Part shown: one piece after another, positions 1 through 14,560 of the stretch
How the letters are laid out: each line of letters begins with the position of its first letter
How positions within the stretch are numbered: position 1 is the stretch's first letter
Assembly: GCA_950097015.1 (NCBI GenBank)
Contig: CATNEN010000005.1
Coordinates: forward strand, 5,332,001 to 5,396,000
Source: Macrostomum hystrix
Taxonomy: Eukaryota > Animalia > Platyhelminthes
DNA: 64,000 bases
Direction: 5' to 3'
Program-made: the position numbers and the translations under genes
The notes under the pieces: model-generated
What the model was told of the DNA's origin: nothing
What the model saw: only the letters and a program-made list of their open reading frames with translations
The model's database searches: none

Positions 1-2947
1 GCCATAATCCTCCAGAAACTCTCACAGAATCCCATAATCCTCCAGAAACTCTCACAGAATCCCATAATCCTCCAGAAACTCTCACAGAATCCCATAATCC
101 TCCAGAAACTCTCACAGAATCCCATAATCCTCCAGAAACTCTCACAGAATCCCATAACCCTCCAGAAACTCTCACAGAATCCCATAATCTTCCAGAAACT
201 CTCACAGAATCCTATAATCCTCCAGAAACTCTCACAGAATCCCACAATCCTCCAGAAACTCTCACAGAATCCCACAATCCTCCAGAAACTCTCACAGAGT
301 CCCATAATCCTCCAGAAACTCTCACAGAATCCCATAATCCTCCAGAAACTCTCACAGAATCCCATAATCCTCCAGAAGCTCTCACAGAATCCCATAATCC
401 TCCAGAAACTCTCACAGAATCCCATAATCCTCTAGAAACTCTCACAGAATGCCATAATCCTCCAGAAACTCTCACAGAATCCCATAATCCTCCAGAAACT
501 CTCACAGAATCCCATAATCCTCCAGAAACTCTCACAGAATCCCATAATCCTCCACAAACTCTCAAAGAATCCCATAATCCTCCAGAAACTCTCACAGAGT
601 CCCATAATCCTCCAGAAACTCTCACAGAATCCCATAATTTTCCAGTAACTCTCACAGAATCCCATAATCCTCCAGAAACTCTCACAGAATCCCATAATCC
701 TCCAGAAACTCTCACAGAATCCCATAATCCTCCAGAAACTCTCACAGAATCCCATAATCCTCCAGAAACTCTCACAGAATGCCATAATCCTCCAGAAACT
801 CTCACAGAATCCTATAATCCTCCAGAAACTCTCACAGAATCCCACAATCCTCCAGAAACTCTCACAGAATCCCACAATCCTCTAGAAACTCTCACAGAAT
901 CCCACAATCCTCCAGAAACTCTCACAGAATCCCACAATCCTCCAGAAACTCTCACAGAATCCCACAATCCTCCAGAAACTCTCACAGGATCCCATAATCC
1001 TCCAGAAACTCTCACAGAATCCCACAATCCTCCAGAAACTCTCACAGAATCCCATAATCCTCCAGAAACTCTCACAGAATCCCATAATCCTCCAGAAACT
1101 CTCACAGAATCCTATAATCCTCCAGAAACTCTCACAGAATCCCATAATCCTCCAGAAACTCTCACAGAATCCCATAATCCTCCAGAAACTCTCACAGAAT
1201 CCTATAATCCTCCAGAAACTCTCACAGAATCCCATAATCCTCCAGAAGCTCTCACAGAATCCCATAATCCTCCAGAAACTCTCACAGAATCCCATAATCC
1301 TCTAGAAACTCTCACAGAATGCCATAATCCTCCAGAAACTCTCACAGAATCCCATAATCCTCCAGAAACTCTCACAGAATCCCATAATCCTCCAGAAACT
1401 CTCACAGAATCCCATAATCCTCCAGAAACTCTCACAGAATCCCATAATCCTCCAGAAACTCTCACAGAATCCCATAATCCTCCAGAAACTCTCACAGAAT
1501 CCCATAATCTTCCAGAAACTCTCACAGAATCCTATAATCCTCCAGAAACTCTCACACAATCCCATAATCCTCTAGAAACTCTCAGAGAATGCCATAATCC
1601 TCCAGAAACTCTCACAGAATCCCATAATCCTCCAGAAACTCTCACAGAATCCCATAATCCTCCAGAAACTCTCACAGAATCCCATAATCCTCCAGAAACT
1701 CTCACAGAATCCCATAATCCTCCAGAAACTCTCACAGAATCCTATAATCCTCCAGAAACTCTCACAGAATCCTATAATCCTCCAGAAACTCTCACAGAAT
1801 CCCATAATCCTCCAGAAACTCTCACAGAATCCCACAATCCTCTAGAAACTCTCACAGAATCCCACAATCCTCCAGAAACTCTCACAGAATCCCATAATCC
1901 TCCAGAAACTCTCACAGAATCCCACAATCCTCCAGAAACTCTCACAGAATCCCATAATCCTCCACAAACTCTCAAAGAATCCCATAATCCTCCAGAAACT
2001 CTCACAGAGTCCCATAATCCTCCAGAAACTCTCACAGAATCCCATAATTTTCCAGTAACTCTCACAGAATCCCATAATCCTCCAGAAACTCTCACAGAAT
2101 CCTATAATCCTCCAGAAACTCTCACAGAATCCCATAATCCTCCAGAAGCTCTCACAGAATCCCATAATCCTCCAGAAACTCTCACAGAATCCCATAATCC
2201 TCTAGAAACTCTCACAGAATGCCATAATCCTCCAGAAACTCTCACAGAATCCCATAATCCTCCAGAAACTCTCACAGAGTCCCATAATCCTCCAGAAACT
2301 CTCACAGAATCCCATAATTTTCCAGTAACTCTCACAGAATCCCATAATCCTCCAGAAACTCTCACAGAATCCTATAATCCTCCAGAAACTCTCACAGAAT
2401 CCCATAATCCTCCAGAAACTCTCACAGAATCCCATAATCCTCCAGAAACTCTCACAGAATGCCATAATCCTCCAGAAACTCTCACAGAATCCTATAATCC
2501 TCCAGAAACTCTCACAGAATCCCACAATCCTCCAGAAACTCTCACAGAATCCCACAATCCTCTAGAAACTCTCACAGAATCCCACAATCCTCCAGAAACT
2601 CTCACAGAATCCCACAATCCTCCAGAAACTCTCACAGAATCCCACAATCCTCCAGAAACTCTCACAGGATCCCATAATCCTCCAGAAACTCTCACAGAAT
2701 CCCACAATCCTCCAGAAACTCTCACAGAATCCCACAATCCTCCAGAAACTCTCACAGAATCCCACAATCCTCCAGAAACTCTCACAGAATCCTATAATCC
2801 TCCAGAAACTCTCACAGAATCCCATAATCCTCCAGAAACTCTCACAGAATCCCATAATCCTCCAGAAACTCTCACAGAATCCCATAATCCTCCAGAAACT
2901 CTCACAGAATGCCATAATCCTCCAGAAACTCTCACAGAATCCCACAG
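1..2947. repeat. 30-bp minisatellite (CCCATAATCCTCCAGAAACTCTCACAGAAT)n, ~98 copies, truncated by the window start
   Basis: Unit repeats in register with the 60-nt lines. Diagnostic variants recur in blocks, e.g. 781-1140 resembles 2461-2820. Confidence 0.98.
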
Positions 2948-3610
2948 TTGACCAGTCTTTCAGAATGTCTGAAGTCAGCTCTAATATACTCGTATAATCA
3001 GCTAGGCGTTCATATGCTTTCAGAGAATTTTTTCCTGGAACTCTTTGTCAATGCAACAGCCATGCACCAAACAATAAATTTATGGCCACACGAGAAAAGA
3101 CGTAGAAGGCTAGGAGACAGGAGAGCTAATGCAAGTTCATTTTCTTAGTAACACAAAGAGGAATATTGCAAGTTTTACGATCCTAAATAGACGATAATAT
3201 TATTTTACCTGACCCGGTACGAAGGTCATTGCCTTACGGAACAAATGGTAGTGAGTCACCGCTACAATTGCAGTATAATTCTGCACTCTGCGGGTCATTA
3301 AAAAAGCAAACTTTCGCTTTCTTCAGCTTGTCCAAAATAAACATTTCGAGGCCAAGCTGATTTTCGGATGATTTCGGCTGGCCTATTGGTCAGTTTCCTG
3401 TCTGGCTTTTATTTAATGAAAGGAAACGTTAGCTTTTAAGCATTCGTTATCAATAATAGTCTGATTGGTGATGGTGACCTAGGCGAATCGGACACTGTGG
3501 TTCGACTGGCGCCCGTTAGGCTCGAAATATATATTTTCTGCTAGGCCTAGCCCCTTTCCGCAAGTTGATTCCTTAAGGGACTCTTTCCAACTCTTCCGAG
3601 TGTCCTTCAC

Positions 3611-4022
3611 TCCCTCTCCCTCTTCCTCTTCCTCTCCCTCTCCCTCTCCCTCTCCCTCTCCCTCTTCCTCTCCCTCTCCCTCTCCCTCTTCCTCACCCTC
3701 TCCCTCTCCCTCTTCCTCTTCCTCTTCCTCTCCCTCTCCCTCTCCCTCTCCCTCTTCCTCTTCATCTTCCTCTCCCTCTCCCTCTCCCTCTTCCTCTCCC
3801 TCTTCCTCTTCCTCTTCCTCTTCCTCTCCCTCTTCCTCTCCCTCTTCCTCTCCCTCTCCCTCTCCCTCTCCCTCTCCCTCTCCCTCTTCCTCTCCCTCTT
3901 CCTCTCCCTCTTCCTCTTCCTCTTCCTCTTCCTCTTCCTCTCCCTCTCCCTCTCCCTCTTCCTCTTCCTCTTCCTCTTCCTCTCCCTCTCCCTCTCCCTC
4001 TCCCTCTCCCTCACCCTCTCCC
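3611..4022. repeat. Hexamer microsatellite (CTCTCC/CTCTTC)n
   Basis: Directly visible. It generates the spurious EG-, SP- and RE-repeat ORFs. Confidence 0.95.
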
Positions 4023-4459
4023 TCAATCCCTCCTTTGTCGGTCTCAACTGCAGATCGAAGCCAGGCCATAAGCACAGAAGCCATAATCTCGCAACAGCAC
4101 AAGGCAAAGAGCTCTTCAATTCCAATCAGCAGAAAAGCCCTTTGGACCATTTCGTTCCAATCTCAGCCTGTTTGCGGCCACTGAGAACAAATCAGAAATC
4201 CAATTTAGGAAAATGTTTAATTCCACACACTTCTGCCAATCGTTCTTTCTTTTTTTGAAGAGGCGACAGATTCGATTTTGTGCTATTTCTTTGAAACAAC
4301 TTTGCAATTTACGTTTAGATTTAAAAAATCGGTTTAAATTGCTCTCTAGCTGTCATTTCGTACTTTAAATTGTTATTCTTTAAAATAACTTGATTTTTCA
4401 ATAAAAAGCTAGAAAATAATAAAATGCTATATAAACAAGACCATGATTCGAAGATGTGA

Positions 4460-5381
4460 GAGAGATGAGACACACGAGAAAGTGAGATTAGGAGATGAGA
4501 CATGGGAGAGATGAGACACGGGAGAGATGAGACAGAGAAGAGATGAGACACGGTAGAGATGAGACACGGTAGAGATGAGACACGGGAGAGATGAGACACG
4601 GGAGAGACGAGACATGGGAGAGACGAGACATGGGAGAGATGAGACACGGGAGAGATGAGACATGGCAGAGATGAGACAGGGGAGAGATAAGACACGGGAG
4701 AGATGAGACATGGGAGAGATGAGACACGGGAGAGATGAGACACGGGAGAGATGAGAACCGGGAGAGATGAGACATGGGAGAGATGAGAACCGGGAGAGAT
4801 GAGACACGGGAGAGATGAGACACGGGAGAGATGAGACACGGGAGAGATGAGAACCGGGAGAGATGAGACACGGGAGAGATGAGAACCGGGAGAGATGAGA
4901 CACGGGAGAGATGAGACACGGGAGAGATGAAAACCGGGAGAGATGAGACACGGGAGAGATGAGAACCGGGAGAGATGAGACATGGGAGAGATGAGACACG
5001 GGAGAGATGAGACATGGGAGAGATGAGACACGGGAGAGATGAGACACGGGAGAGATGAGAACCGGGAGAGATGAGACATGGGAGAGATGAGACACGGGAG
5101 AGATGAGACACGGGAGAGATGAGAACCGGGAGAGATGAGACACGGGAGAGATGAGAACCGGGAGAGATGAGACATGGGAGAGATGAGAACCGGGAGAGAT
5201 GAGACATGGGAGAGATGAGACACGGGAGAGATGAGACATGGGAGAGATGAGACACGGGAGAGATGAGACATGGGAGAGATGAGACACGGGAGAGATGAGA
5301 CATGGGAGAGATGAGACACGGGAGAAATGAGAACCGGGAGAGATGAGACACGGGAGAGATGAGACACGGGAGAGATGAGAT
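4460..5381. repeat. 16-bp minisatellite (GAGATGAGACACGGGA)n
   Basis: ~57 copies with ACATGG/AACCGG variants. The same unit occurs at 16.8-17.3 kb and inside the hAT MITE at 48.5 kb. Confidence 0.97.
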
Positions 5382-6161
5382 ACAATAGAGAAACATTTTT
5401 TCGTATAGGTTCTTAGCAATGCTTTCGTGTGTGAGAACCATTGAGAATGCTACAGTTTAAACGTGTGTATTTCTTTTTAGATTCATGGACAGGGAGAGAA
5501 AAGGATAGAATTTTCTAGGCCCTACATGAAATTTGAGCCCTACATACCTCGGACTTTTGATGGACAAGTGAGCTGCACGGCTATAGGGAAACAGCGAGAG
5601 AAGGTTAGAAAAAAGGAAAGTGACAAACTTTCCCTTCAAATGTGAACCGCCTAATTTGCTTTAGCACCTGAGTAGCTTTAGTTGCTAGCTGGCCACACGA
5701 GCACTTCACACTCAGAGCAGTGATTGAATCGCGTGAGTGAGTACACACATGTAGGAAGACCAGGTTTGGGACGGAAAAGTTTCAACAGCATGGGATCGAG
5801 AAGACATTTAGAAAGAAAAAGAAGATTTAGAATGATTGACACTCCAGATCGGGAGAGATCTAGGCGCAGCAAAAAAGTGATTTTCGCAGTTTGTTATTTT
5901 TATGAAAAAAATATCGTCAAGGCATAAATGCCCAGTTGTTTGAGGCTTGTGGGCATTGGAAAAGGCGCCGTTTAAACTAGATCGATTTGGCACACACCTG
6001 TGCTGCTTCAAGATCACATTGGAATAATAACTTACTTTATATAGATTGATTGATATCCACTGTCTTGGCCACTGTCCTTACCTAACTCTGATATGGGCCA
6101 GCGTTTATTACCATTATTCAATCTATTATAATTTTCTTAAACTTTCAACTCTGTCTTTTCG

Positions 6162-6667
6162 CATCCTTATCTCACCCATCCCACACAGTTTCTCATCCTT
6201 ATCTCACCCATCCCACACAGTTTCTTATCCTTATCTCACCCATCCTACACAGTTTCTCATCCTTATCTCACCCATCCCACACAGTTTCTCATCCTTATCT
6301 CACCCATCCCACACAGTTTCTCATCCTTATCTCACCCATCCCACACAGTTTCTCATCCTTATCTCACCCATCTCACACAGTTTCTCATCCTTATCTCACC
6401 CATCTCACACAGTTTCTCATCCTTATCTCACCCATCCCACACAGTTTCTCATCCTTATCTCACCCATCCCACACAGTTTCTCATCCTTATCTCACCCATC
6501 TCACACAGTTTCTCATCCTTATCTCACACATCCCACACAGTTTCTCATCCTTATCTCACCTATCTCACACAGTTTCTCATCCTTATCTCACACATCCCAC
6601 ACAGTTTCTCATCCTTATCTCACCCATCTCACACAGTTTCTCATCCTTATCTCACCCATCCCACACA
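6162..6667. repeat. 32-bp minisatellite (CATCCTTATCTCACCCATCCCACACAGTTTCT)n
   Basis: ~15 tandem copies visible. Confidence 0.96.
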
Positions 6668-7784
6668 GATTGTCATATTTTTCCCCAGTCCTGCACTGCA
6701 TTTATGTTTTTGCCCGGGAGGCATACAAGTGAACAGACAAACTGCTTTCGCCATCAAAGGTTCGATACGAAAGCTATAACCGAAAAAAACTATATCGGAT
6801 ATTGTGCGTGTGGGAGAGCTTTTTGTCTCTAATCCCTACTTTCACTGACAGCAAAATTTATCCCTAAAGCTAGGAGGCAAATCTCTGGCATGCCAGGCAA
6901 ATGCAGAAATAAGTTAAAAAGTCGCCGAAGTCACAATGCCTAGATACGCACTGAAAGAGGTTTAAGGCCAAAAAAGTTTGTCTTTCACCGCGTGTCGCAT
7001 ACAGAAAGGTAAAAAATGGGAAAAGTCGAAAACGATCTATGAATGGGATCAGTCAAGAAATAGTCAGGGGAGGGAAGTAGCATTTTTCCAAAGTTTGTTT
7101 TAACCCCTCCGTCAAATCCCGTGACCCGTATATGAATGGCTGCCCCGACTTCCAAGTCCTACCAGCTTCAAAGCGACCGCAATGAAAGAATAAGAATTGC
7201 TTCCAAGATAGCTGTAAATGGCAAATTTACTGACACAACTTGTGTAAACTTTGGCTGAAAACTTTCTGATCAATTACTACAGACGAGTATCTGAATGTGT
7301 TTGTATGCATGCGTGTATGCAACTTTATTAGTACAGTGAAGCAGTAAGGTCTGGTGTTGTTGTACATTGACAGGTTACAATATTTTTTCATGTCGCGACC
7401 TGTCAGTCACAGTGCTTGTGTGCTTGCAGGGGACAAATTAACAGCAATTAACTGTACCAGCCACTCTCCCACAATTCCCTAAAATTTGTTGCATTTCTCC
7501 CATATTTTTGGAAGCGGCCTAATGGGGTCTCGGCGCACGGTGTCGCGGATGGATAAATAAATCATCATTCTTTAGAAAAATTAATGGCTCAGAATGTGGA
7601 TGACGAATGACGGTTTGGGTTGTAAGATTCCCTGATTCGATTCTAGTAAATTGGTAAATTGATTTTTGTTATGACTATTTGCTCTTGACCTCTGAATTGA
7701 TCAAGATGATGACACTGACGATTCGACTTTGCTGTTTATTCAATTTTAATCATATATAACTGTGAAATACAAGAGGGAGAGCGA

Positions 7785-10522
7785 GATGAAGGGAGTCAGT
7801 GATGAATGGATAGTAGGAAATGAAGGGAGAGTGAGATGAAGGGAGAGTGAGATGAAGGAGCGGGAGATGAAGGGATAGTGAGATAAATGGAGTCTGTGAT
7901 GAAGGGAGAGTGAGATGAAGGGAGAGTGAGATGAAGGAGCGGGAGATGAAGGGATAGTGAGATAAATGGAGTCTGTGATGAAGGGAGAGTGAGATGAAGG
8001 GAGAGTGAGATGAAGGAGTGGGAGTTAAAGTGATTGTCGGATAAATGGAGTCTGTTATGAAGGGAGAGTGAGAGGAAGGGAGAGTGAGAGGAAGGGACAG
8101 TGAGATGAAGGGAGAGTGGGATGAAGGGAGAGTGAGATGAAGGGAGAGTGAGATGAAGGGAGAGTGAGATGAAGGGAGAGTGAGATGAAGGAGCGGGAGA
8201 TGAAGGGATAGTGAGATAAATGGAGTCTGTGATGAAGGGGGAGTGAGATGAAGGGAGAGTGAGATGAAGGGAGAGTGAGATGAAGGGAGAATGAGATGAA
8301 GGAGCGGGAGATGAAGGGATAGTGAGATAAATGGAGTCTGTGATGAAGGGAGAGTGAGATGAAGGGAGAGTGAGATGAAGGGAGAGTGAGATGAAGGGAG
8401 AGTGTGATGAAGGAGCGGGAGATGAAGGGATAGTGAGATAAATGGAGTCTGTGATGAAGGGAGAGTGAGATGAAGGGAGAGTGAGATGAAGGGAGAGTGT
8501 GATGAAGGGAGAGTGAGATGAAGGGAGAGTGAGATGGAGGGAGAGTGAGATGAAGGAGCGGGAGATGAAGGGATAGTGAGATGAAGGGAGAGTGAGATGG
8601 AGGGAGAGTGAGATGAAGGAGCGGGAGATGAAGGGATAGTGAGATGAAGGGAGAGTGAGATGGAGGGAGAGTGAGATGAAGGAGCGGGAGATGAAGGGAT
8701 AGTGAGATGAAGGGAGAGTGAGATGGAGGGAGAGTGAGATGAAGGAGCGGGAGATGAAGGGATAGTGAGATGAAGGGAGAGTGAGATGGAGGGAGAGTGA
8801 GATGAAGGAGCGGGAGATGAAGGGATAGTGAGATGAAGGGAGAGTGAGATGGTGGGAGAGTGAGATGAAGGAGCGGGAGATGAAGGGATAGTGAGATGAA
8901 GGGAGAGTGAGATGGTGGGAGAGTGAGATGAAGGAGCGGGAGATGAAGGGATAGTGAGATGAAGGAGCGGGTGATGAAGGGATAGTGAGATGAAGGGAGA
9001 GTGAGATGAAGGGAGAGTGAGATGAAGGGAGAGTGTGATGAAGGGAGAGTGAGATGAAGGGAGAGTGAGATGGAGGGAGAGTGAGATGAAGGAGCGGGAG
9101 ATGAAGGGATAGTGAGATGAAGGGAGAGTGAGATGGAGGGAGAGTGAGATGAAGGAGCGGGAGATGAAGGGATAGTGAGATGAAGGGAGAGTGAGATGGA
9201 GGGAGAGTGAGATGAAGGAGCGGGAGATGAAGGGATAGTGAGATGAAGGGAGAGTGAGATGGAGGGAGAGTGAGATGAAGGAGCGGGAGATGAAGGGATA
9301 GTGAGATGAAGGGAGAGTGAGATGGAGGGAGAGTGAGATGAAGGAGCGGGAGATGAAGGGATAGTGAGATGAAGGGAGAGTGAGATGGTGGGAGAGTGAG
9401 ATGAAGGAGCGGGAGATGAAGGGATAGTGAGATGAAGGGAGAGTGAGATGGTGGGAGAGTGAGATGAAGGAGCGGGAGATGAAGGGATAGTGAGATGAAG
9501 GAGCGGGTGATGAAGGGATAGTGAGATGAAGGGAGAGTGAGATGGTGGGAGAGTGAGATGAAGGAGCGGGAGATGAAGGGATAGTGAGATGAAGGGAGAG
9601 TGAGATGGTGGGAGAGTGAGATGAAGGAGCGGGAGATGAAGGGATAGTGAGATGAAGGGAGAGTGAGATGGAGGGAGAGTGAGATGAAGGAGCGGGAGAT
9701 GAAGGGATAGTGAGATGAAGGGAGAGTGAGATGGAGGGATAGTGAGATGAAGGGAGAGTGAGATGGAGGGAGAGTGAGATGAAGGAGCGGGAGATGAAGG
9801 GATAGTGAGATGGAGGGAGAGTGAGATGGAGGGATAGTGAGATGAAGGGAGAGTGAGATGGAGGGAGAGTGAGATGAAGGAGCGGGAGATGAAGGGATAG
9901 TGAGATGAAGGGAGAGTGAGATGGAGGGAGAGTGAGATGAAGGAGCGGGAGATGAAGGGATAGTGAGATGAAGGGAGAGTGAGATGGTGGGAGAGTGAGA
10001 TGAAGGAGCGGGAGATGAAGGGATAGTGAGATGAAGGGAGAGTGAGATGGTGGGAGAGTGAGATGAAGGGAGAGTGAGATGGTGGGAGAGTGAGATGAAG
10101 GAGCGGGAGATGAAGGGATAGTGAGATGAAGGGAGAGTGAGATGGTGGGAGAGTGAGATGAAGGAGCGGGAGATGAAGGGATAGTGAGATGAAGGGAGAG
10201 TGAGATGGAGGGAGAGTGAGATGAAGGAGCGGGAGATGAAGGGATAGTGAGATGAAGGAGCGGGAGATGGAGGGAGAGTGAGATGAAGGAGCGGGAGATG
10301 AAGGGATAGTGAGATGAAGGAGCGGGAGATGAAGGGATAGTGAGATGAAGGAGCGGGAGATGAAGGGATAGTGAGATGAAGGGAGAGTGAGATGGAGGGA
10401 GAGTGAGATGGAGGGAGAGTGAGATGAAGGAGCGGGAGATGAAGGGATAGTGAGATGAAGGGAGAGTGAGATGGAGGGAGAGTGAGATGAAGGAGCGGGT
10501 GATGAATGGAGAGTTAGATGAA
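7785..10522. repeat. Purine-rich 16-bp minisatellite (GAAGGGAGAGTGAGAT)n with higher-order variant blocks
   Basis: Tandem units with variants GAAGGAGCGGGAGAT and GAAGGGATAGTGAGAT. Source of the 932-aa pseudo-ORF. Confidence 0.96.
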
Positions 10523-10999
10523 GGGAAAATCAGAATCAATAGAAGCACAAGATCTGCTAGAAGGACAGCAGGAAACGATGGACAAAAAGTGGGTATAGCT
10601 AGTCAATTAGTTCTGACTCAGTCACAATAGCCCGGCCTATACTAAGCCCGAACATAACATGCAGTCTAGCCAGGTAGGGTTAGACCGAAATCGAACGCGC
10701 AAAGTCTGCAACAGTAATTAGGGGTGCGGTGGCACCCGTGAGTCACTCACGCTTCAATTGGTCACAGTCTATATTCACAGCCCACATAACACATCAGCGC
10801 TTAGCATCAGTTCTGTGGAATCACCAACTAGATAATTGCTTTTGTTATTAGACCATGTTTGTACGTAGACGAAATTTGGTTGGGCATTCAATTTATGTTT
10901 ATTATTTATTCTATTGTTAAGAATGTCCCAATGGGCTGGTCACGCCCACCAAAACTTCTATGCCCATTTTTTACAGATTAATGGGTAAAGTGAAGCAAT

Positions 11000-11062
11000 T
11001 GGAGGATTTACACAGATTCGAACTTCAGACCTCCTGATCTTGCTATCAACTGGGCTACAAAG
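11000..11062 (-). mobile_element. Possible degenerate tRNA-derived SINE head
   Basis: Reverse complement reads GTAGCCCAGTTG...GAAGTTCGAATC, resembling A and B boxes. No body or TSD found. Confidence 0.3.
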
Positions 11063-11799
11063 ATGATCTCTAGAAAATCTAATTGTCACTTTAATATTGA
11101 ATTATCCAGCTTGAGACAATTACATGCCAGTGTGGGATCGAGATATTATTAAATGAATGACAGTCGAGATTTTTTAATGATTCTACAAATTACGTAATCA
11201 GATTGGTTCATGCTATGAAATTCTGTGACGATTTTTAGGGTCCGATAATAATCTAATAATTTTACTTCAACTGCCTGTGATGCTTAGCCTATAGCATCAG
11301 TCCAGATTGTTAAAACAAAATTTAGTCTTGAATTGAAATCTATATTTAAAAAATTATGATCTTAAAACTGATTGGAAATTTGATACTCAATTCTGAACTG
11401 ATCCTCAACTGAATTTGGGATTGCCAAGCAGATATTGATTAAATTAAAGGACGGTCATTCACACGGTTGGCACTTCTCAACCAACTCAACTGCTCATGCG
11501 CTTCGCTTCGCTTCTTAAGTGCCGAGAAAAGGGAGAAAATGGGGAGGTGACACAGAAGTGACTCAACAGTCAACACTCGACAAAATTCAATGACGGAGGA
11601 CGGAGGAATAGCGAACGAAGGTGAGAGGGCAAGAGAAGGTCTTGTGGGTTGAGTTGGATATTGGTGAGGATGTGGGAGAGGAGGAGAAAGAAAAAATGGG
11701 GAATATTTTCCCAGTGTAGTGCCACTCGAATCCTCGTTTCCATTTCTTCCTCCATTCTAAAACTCTACCTGTCCTGTCTAACCTCCTTACTTATTCTGT

Positions 11800-12262
11800 C
11801 TAACTCTCTTCCTGTCTCTACCTGTCTCTACTTGTCACCTGTCTAATCTCACACTTTCACCTGTATAATCTCACACTCTCACCTATCTAATATCACACTT
11901 TCACCTGTATAATCTCACACTCTCAACTGTCTAATCTCACACTTTCACCTGTATAATCTCACACTCTCAACTGTCTAATCTCACACTTTCACCTGTCTAA
12001 TCTCACTCTTTCACCTGTATAATCTCATACTCTTACCTGTCTAATCTCACGCTCTCACCAGTTTAATCCCACATTCTCACCTGTCTAATCTCAAACTTTC
12101 ACATGTATAATCTCACACTCTCACCTGTCTAATCTCATACTCTCACCTGTCTAATCTCACACAATCACCTGTCTAATCTCACTCTTTCACCTGTATAATC
12201 TCATACTCTCACCTGTCTAATCCCACACTTTCACCTGTCTAATCTCACACTCTCACCCTATA
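11800..12262. repeat. Degenerate 22-bp minisatellite (CTCACCTGTCTAATCTCACACT)n
   Basis: Period 22 (e.g. 12121 and 12143). Confidence 0.9.
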
Positions 12263-13321
12263 AATCTAGTTATCTATCTCGGTAAAGTTATAATTCCATC
12301 AGTCTATCTCCTGCAGTTGTTATTAGACACAAATATAGGGCGGGCACTTTTAGAAAAGAAGAACTAATTATCTTTTATCGACTCTCGCATTAAAGACAGC
12401 CAGACGGAGAGATATAGAGCCAGGGAAAAACTTATTCTTTTTCTGCTCTAGTTTTTGCTATAGGACATGTGTCCTCTCACCCGACTAGTCAAAGAGATTT
12501 CTGTAGTCGATAAATCGATTGATTGACGAAATAAATCGAACCAGATTGCGGAGAAATCCATCAGGAGAGAAAACAGATCTCATCGCACGAGATCTTCGGC
12601 CAATCAATTCAGTTAGAGTACTTGAAACTTTTCGAGTTATTTTTTTAGTTTTTATCTGCTTCTGAGAAACAATTGTAATAGGTAGTGACCAGCGATAGAG
12701 TGGAAGTTAGTATTCTTGCCTCATAGTGATACCTTAGACTATTCAGCTTACACAGTGAGACTCTACTCAACTTTCACCTATAATAGACATTTAGTTTTGT
12801 TTCGTATTGATATTTTACCTCGCTGTCACTCATTTACCTCTCTAAACTTTCATTTCTTTAATTTCTGGAGAACCTATTTCTGGCCTTAATACTTCAGTAG
12901 AGTGGCCTCTAAATAAGCAGCCAGGTTTGCTCAAGTGCTGCAACTGTCGAGTCTATCACTGGGCTTGGTGTTAGTGTAGGTTGCATATATTCGAAACACA
13001 GCGAATTAAATTATAGAGACTAGACAAATCTTATTCGTAAAGTTTTTACTGCTAAAATGTGTCATCATTCATTTTCTGCATGTCTTACTGCTGGGCATCT
13101 CAAGTGCCAGCGCAGGGGTTGGGGTCTGCTCAAATAACTATTCACTTTGAGCAGTCATGACCTACAGCTGTTGGCGAACAGTTTTTTCTTCGGGTCAGGG
13201 AAAGTGAAAAATTATTCTCTCTGGAAACTGAACGGACAGACAGTGGCTTCTAACTAATAACTTAGGGAGTTTAAATAGCATCTGTGCGGGAACGAAATGA
13301 TGGATTTATGCTTCTAACCGA

Positions 13322-14560
13322 CACTCCACTCTACCCCAAACTCTCCACTCTACCCCACACTCTCCACTCTACCCCAAACTATCCACTCTACCCCAAACTC
13401 TCCACTCTACCCCACACTCTCCACTCTACCCCACACTCTCCACTCTACCCCAAACTCTCCACTCTACTCCACACTCTCCACTCTACCCCACACTCTCCAC
13501 TCTACCCCACACTCTCCACTCTACCCCAAACTCTCCACTCTACCCCACACTCTCCACTCTACCCCAAACTCTCCACTCTACCCCACACTCTCCACTCTAC
13601 CCCAAACTCTCCACTCTACCCCAAACTCTCCACTCTACCCCAAACTCTCCACTCTACCCCAAACTCTCCACTCTACCCCAAGCTCTCCACTCTACCCCAA
13701 ACTCTCCACTCTACCCCAAACTCTCCACTCTACCCCAAACTCTCCACTCTACCCCAAACTCTCCACTCTACCCCACACTCTCCACTCTACCCCAAACTCT
13801 CCACTCTACCCCACACTCTCCACTCTACCCCAAACTCTCCACTCTACCCCAAACTCTCCACTCTACCCCAAACTCTCCACTCTACCCCAAACTCTCCACT
13901 CTACCCCACACTCTCCACTCTACCCCAAACTCTCCACTCTACCCCACACTCTCCACTCTACCCCAAACTCTCCACTCTACCCCAAACTCTCCACTCTACC
14001 CCACACTCTCCACTCTACCCCACACTCTCCACTCTACCCCACACTCTCCACTCTACCCCAAACTCTCCACTCTACCCCACACTCTCCACTCTACCCCAAA
14101 CTCTCCACTCTACCCCACACTCTCCACTCTACCCCAAACTCTCCACTCTACTCCACACTCTCCACTCTACCCCACACTCTCCTCTCTACTCCAAACTCTC
14201 CACTCTACCCCACACTCTCCTCTCTACTCCACACTCTCCACTCTACCCCACACTCTCCTCTCTACTCCACACTCTCCACTCTACTCCACACTATCCTCTC
14301 TACTCCACACTATCCTCTCTACTCCACACTCTCCTCTCTACTCCACACTCTCTTCTCTACTCCACACTCTCTACTCTACTCCACACTCTCCTCTCTACTC
14401 CACACTCTCCTCTCTACTCCACACTCTCCTCTCTACTCCACACTCTCCTCTCTACTCCACACTCTCCTCTCTACTCCACACTCTCTACTGTACAACACAC
14501 TCTTTACTCTACACCACACTCTCCACTCTACCCTAAACTCTCCACTCTACCCCACACTCT
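13322..14560. repeat. 19-bp minisatellite (CTCTCCACTCTACCCCAAA/CACA)n
   Basis: Period 19. The unit drifts to CTCTCCTCTCTACTCCACA toward the right end. Confidence 0.96.

Noticed and set aside
1-2947. 30-bp arrays (also 21.4-23.2 kb and 46.9-47.7 kb) as CRISPR arrays
   Set aside because: Units are head-to-tail with no unique spacers, there are no cas genes, and the context is eukaryotic.
3479-4150. Glu/Gly-rich ORF resembling RPGR-ORF15 or trichohyalin
   Set aside because: It is a (GAG/GAA/GGA) hexamer microsatellite with no flanking protein homology, open in overlapping frames on both strands.
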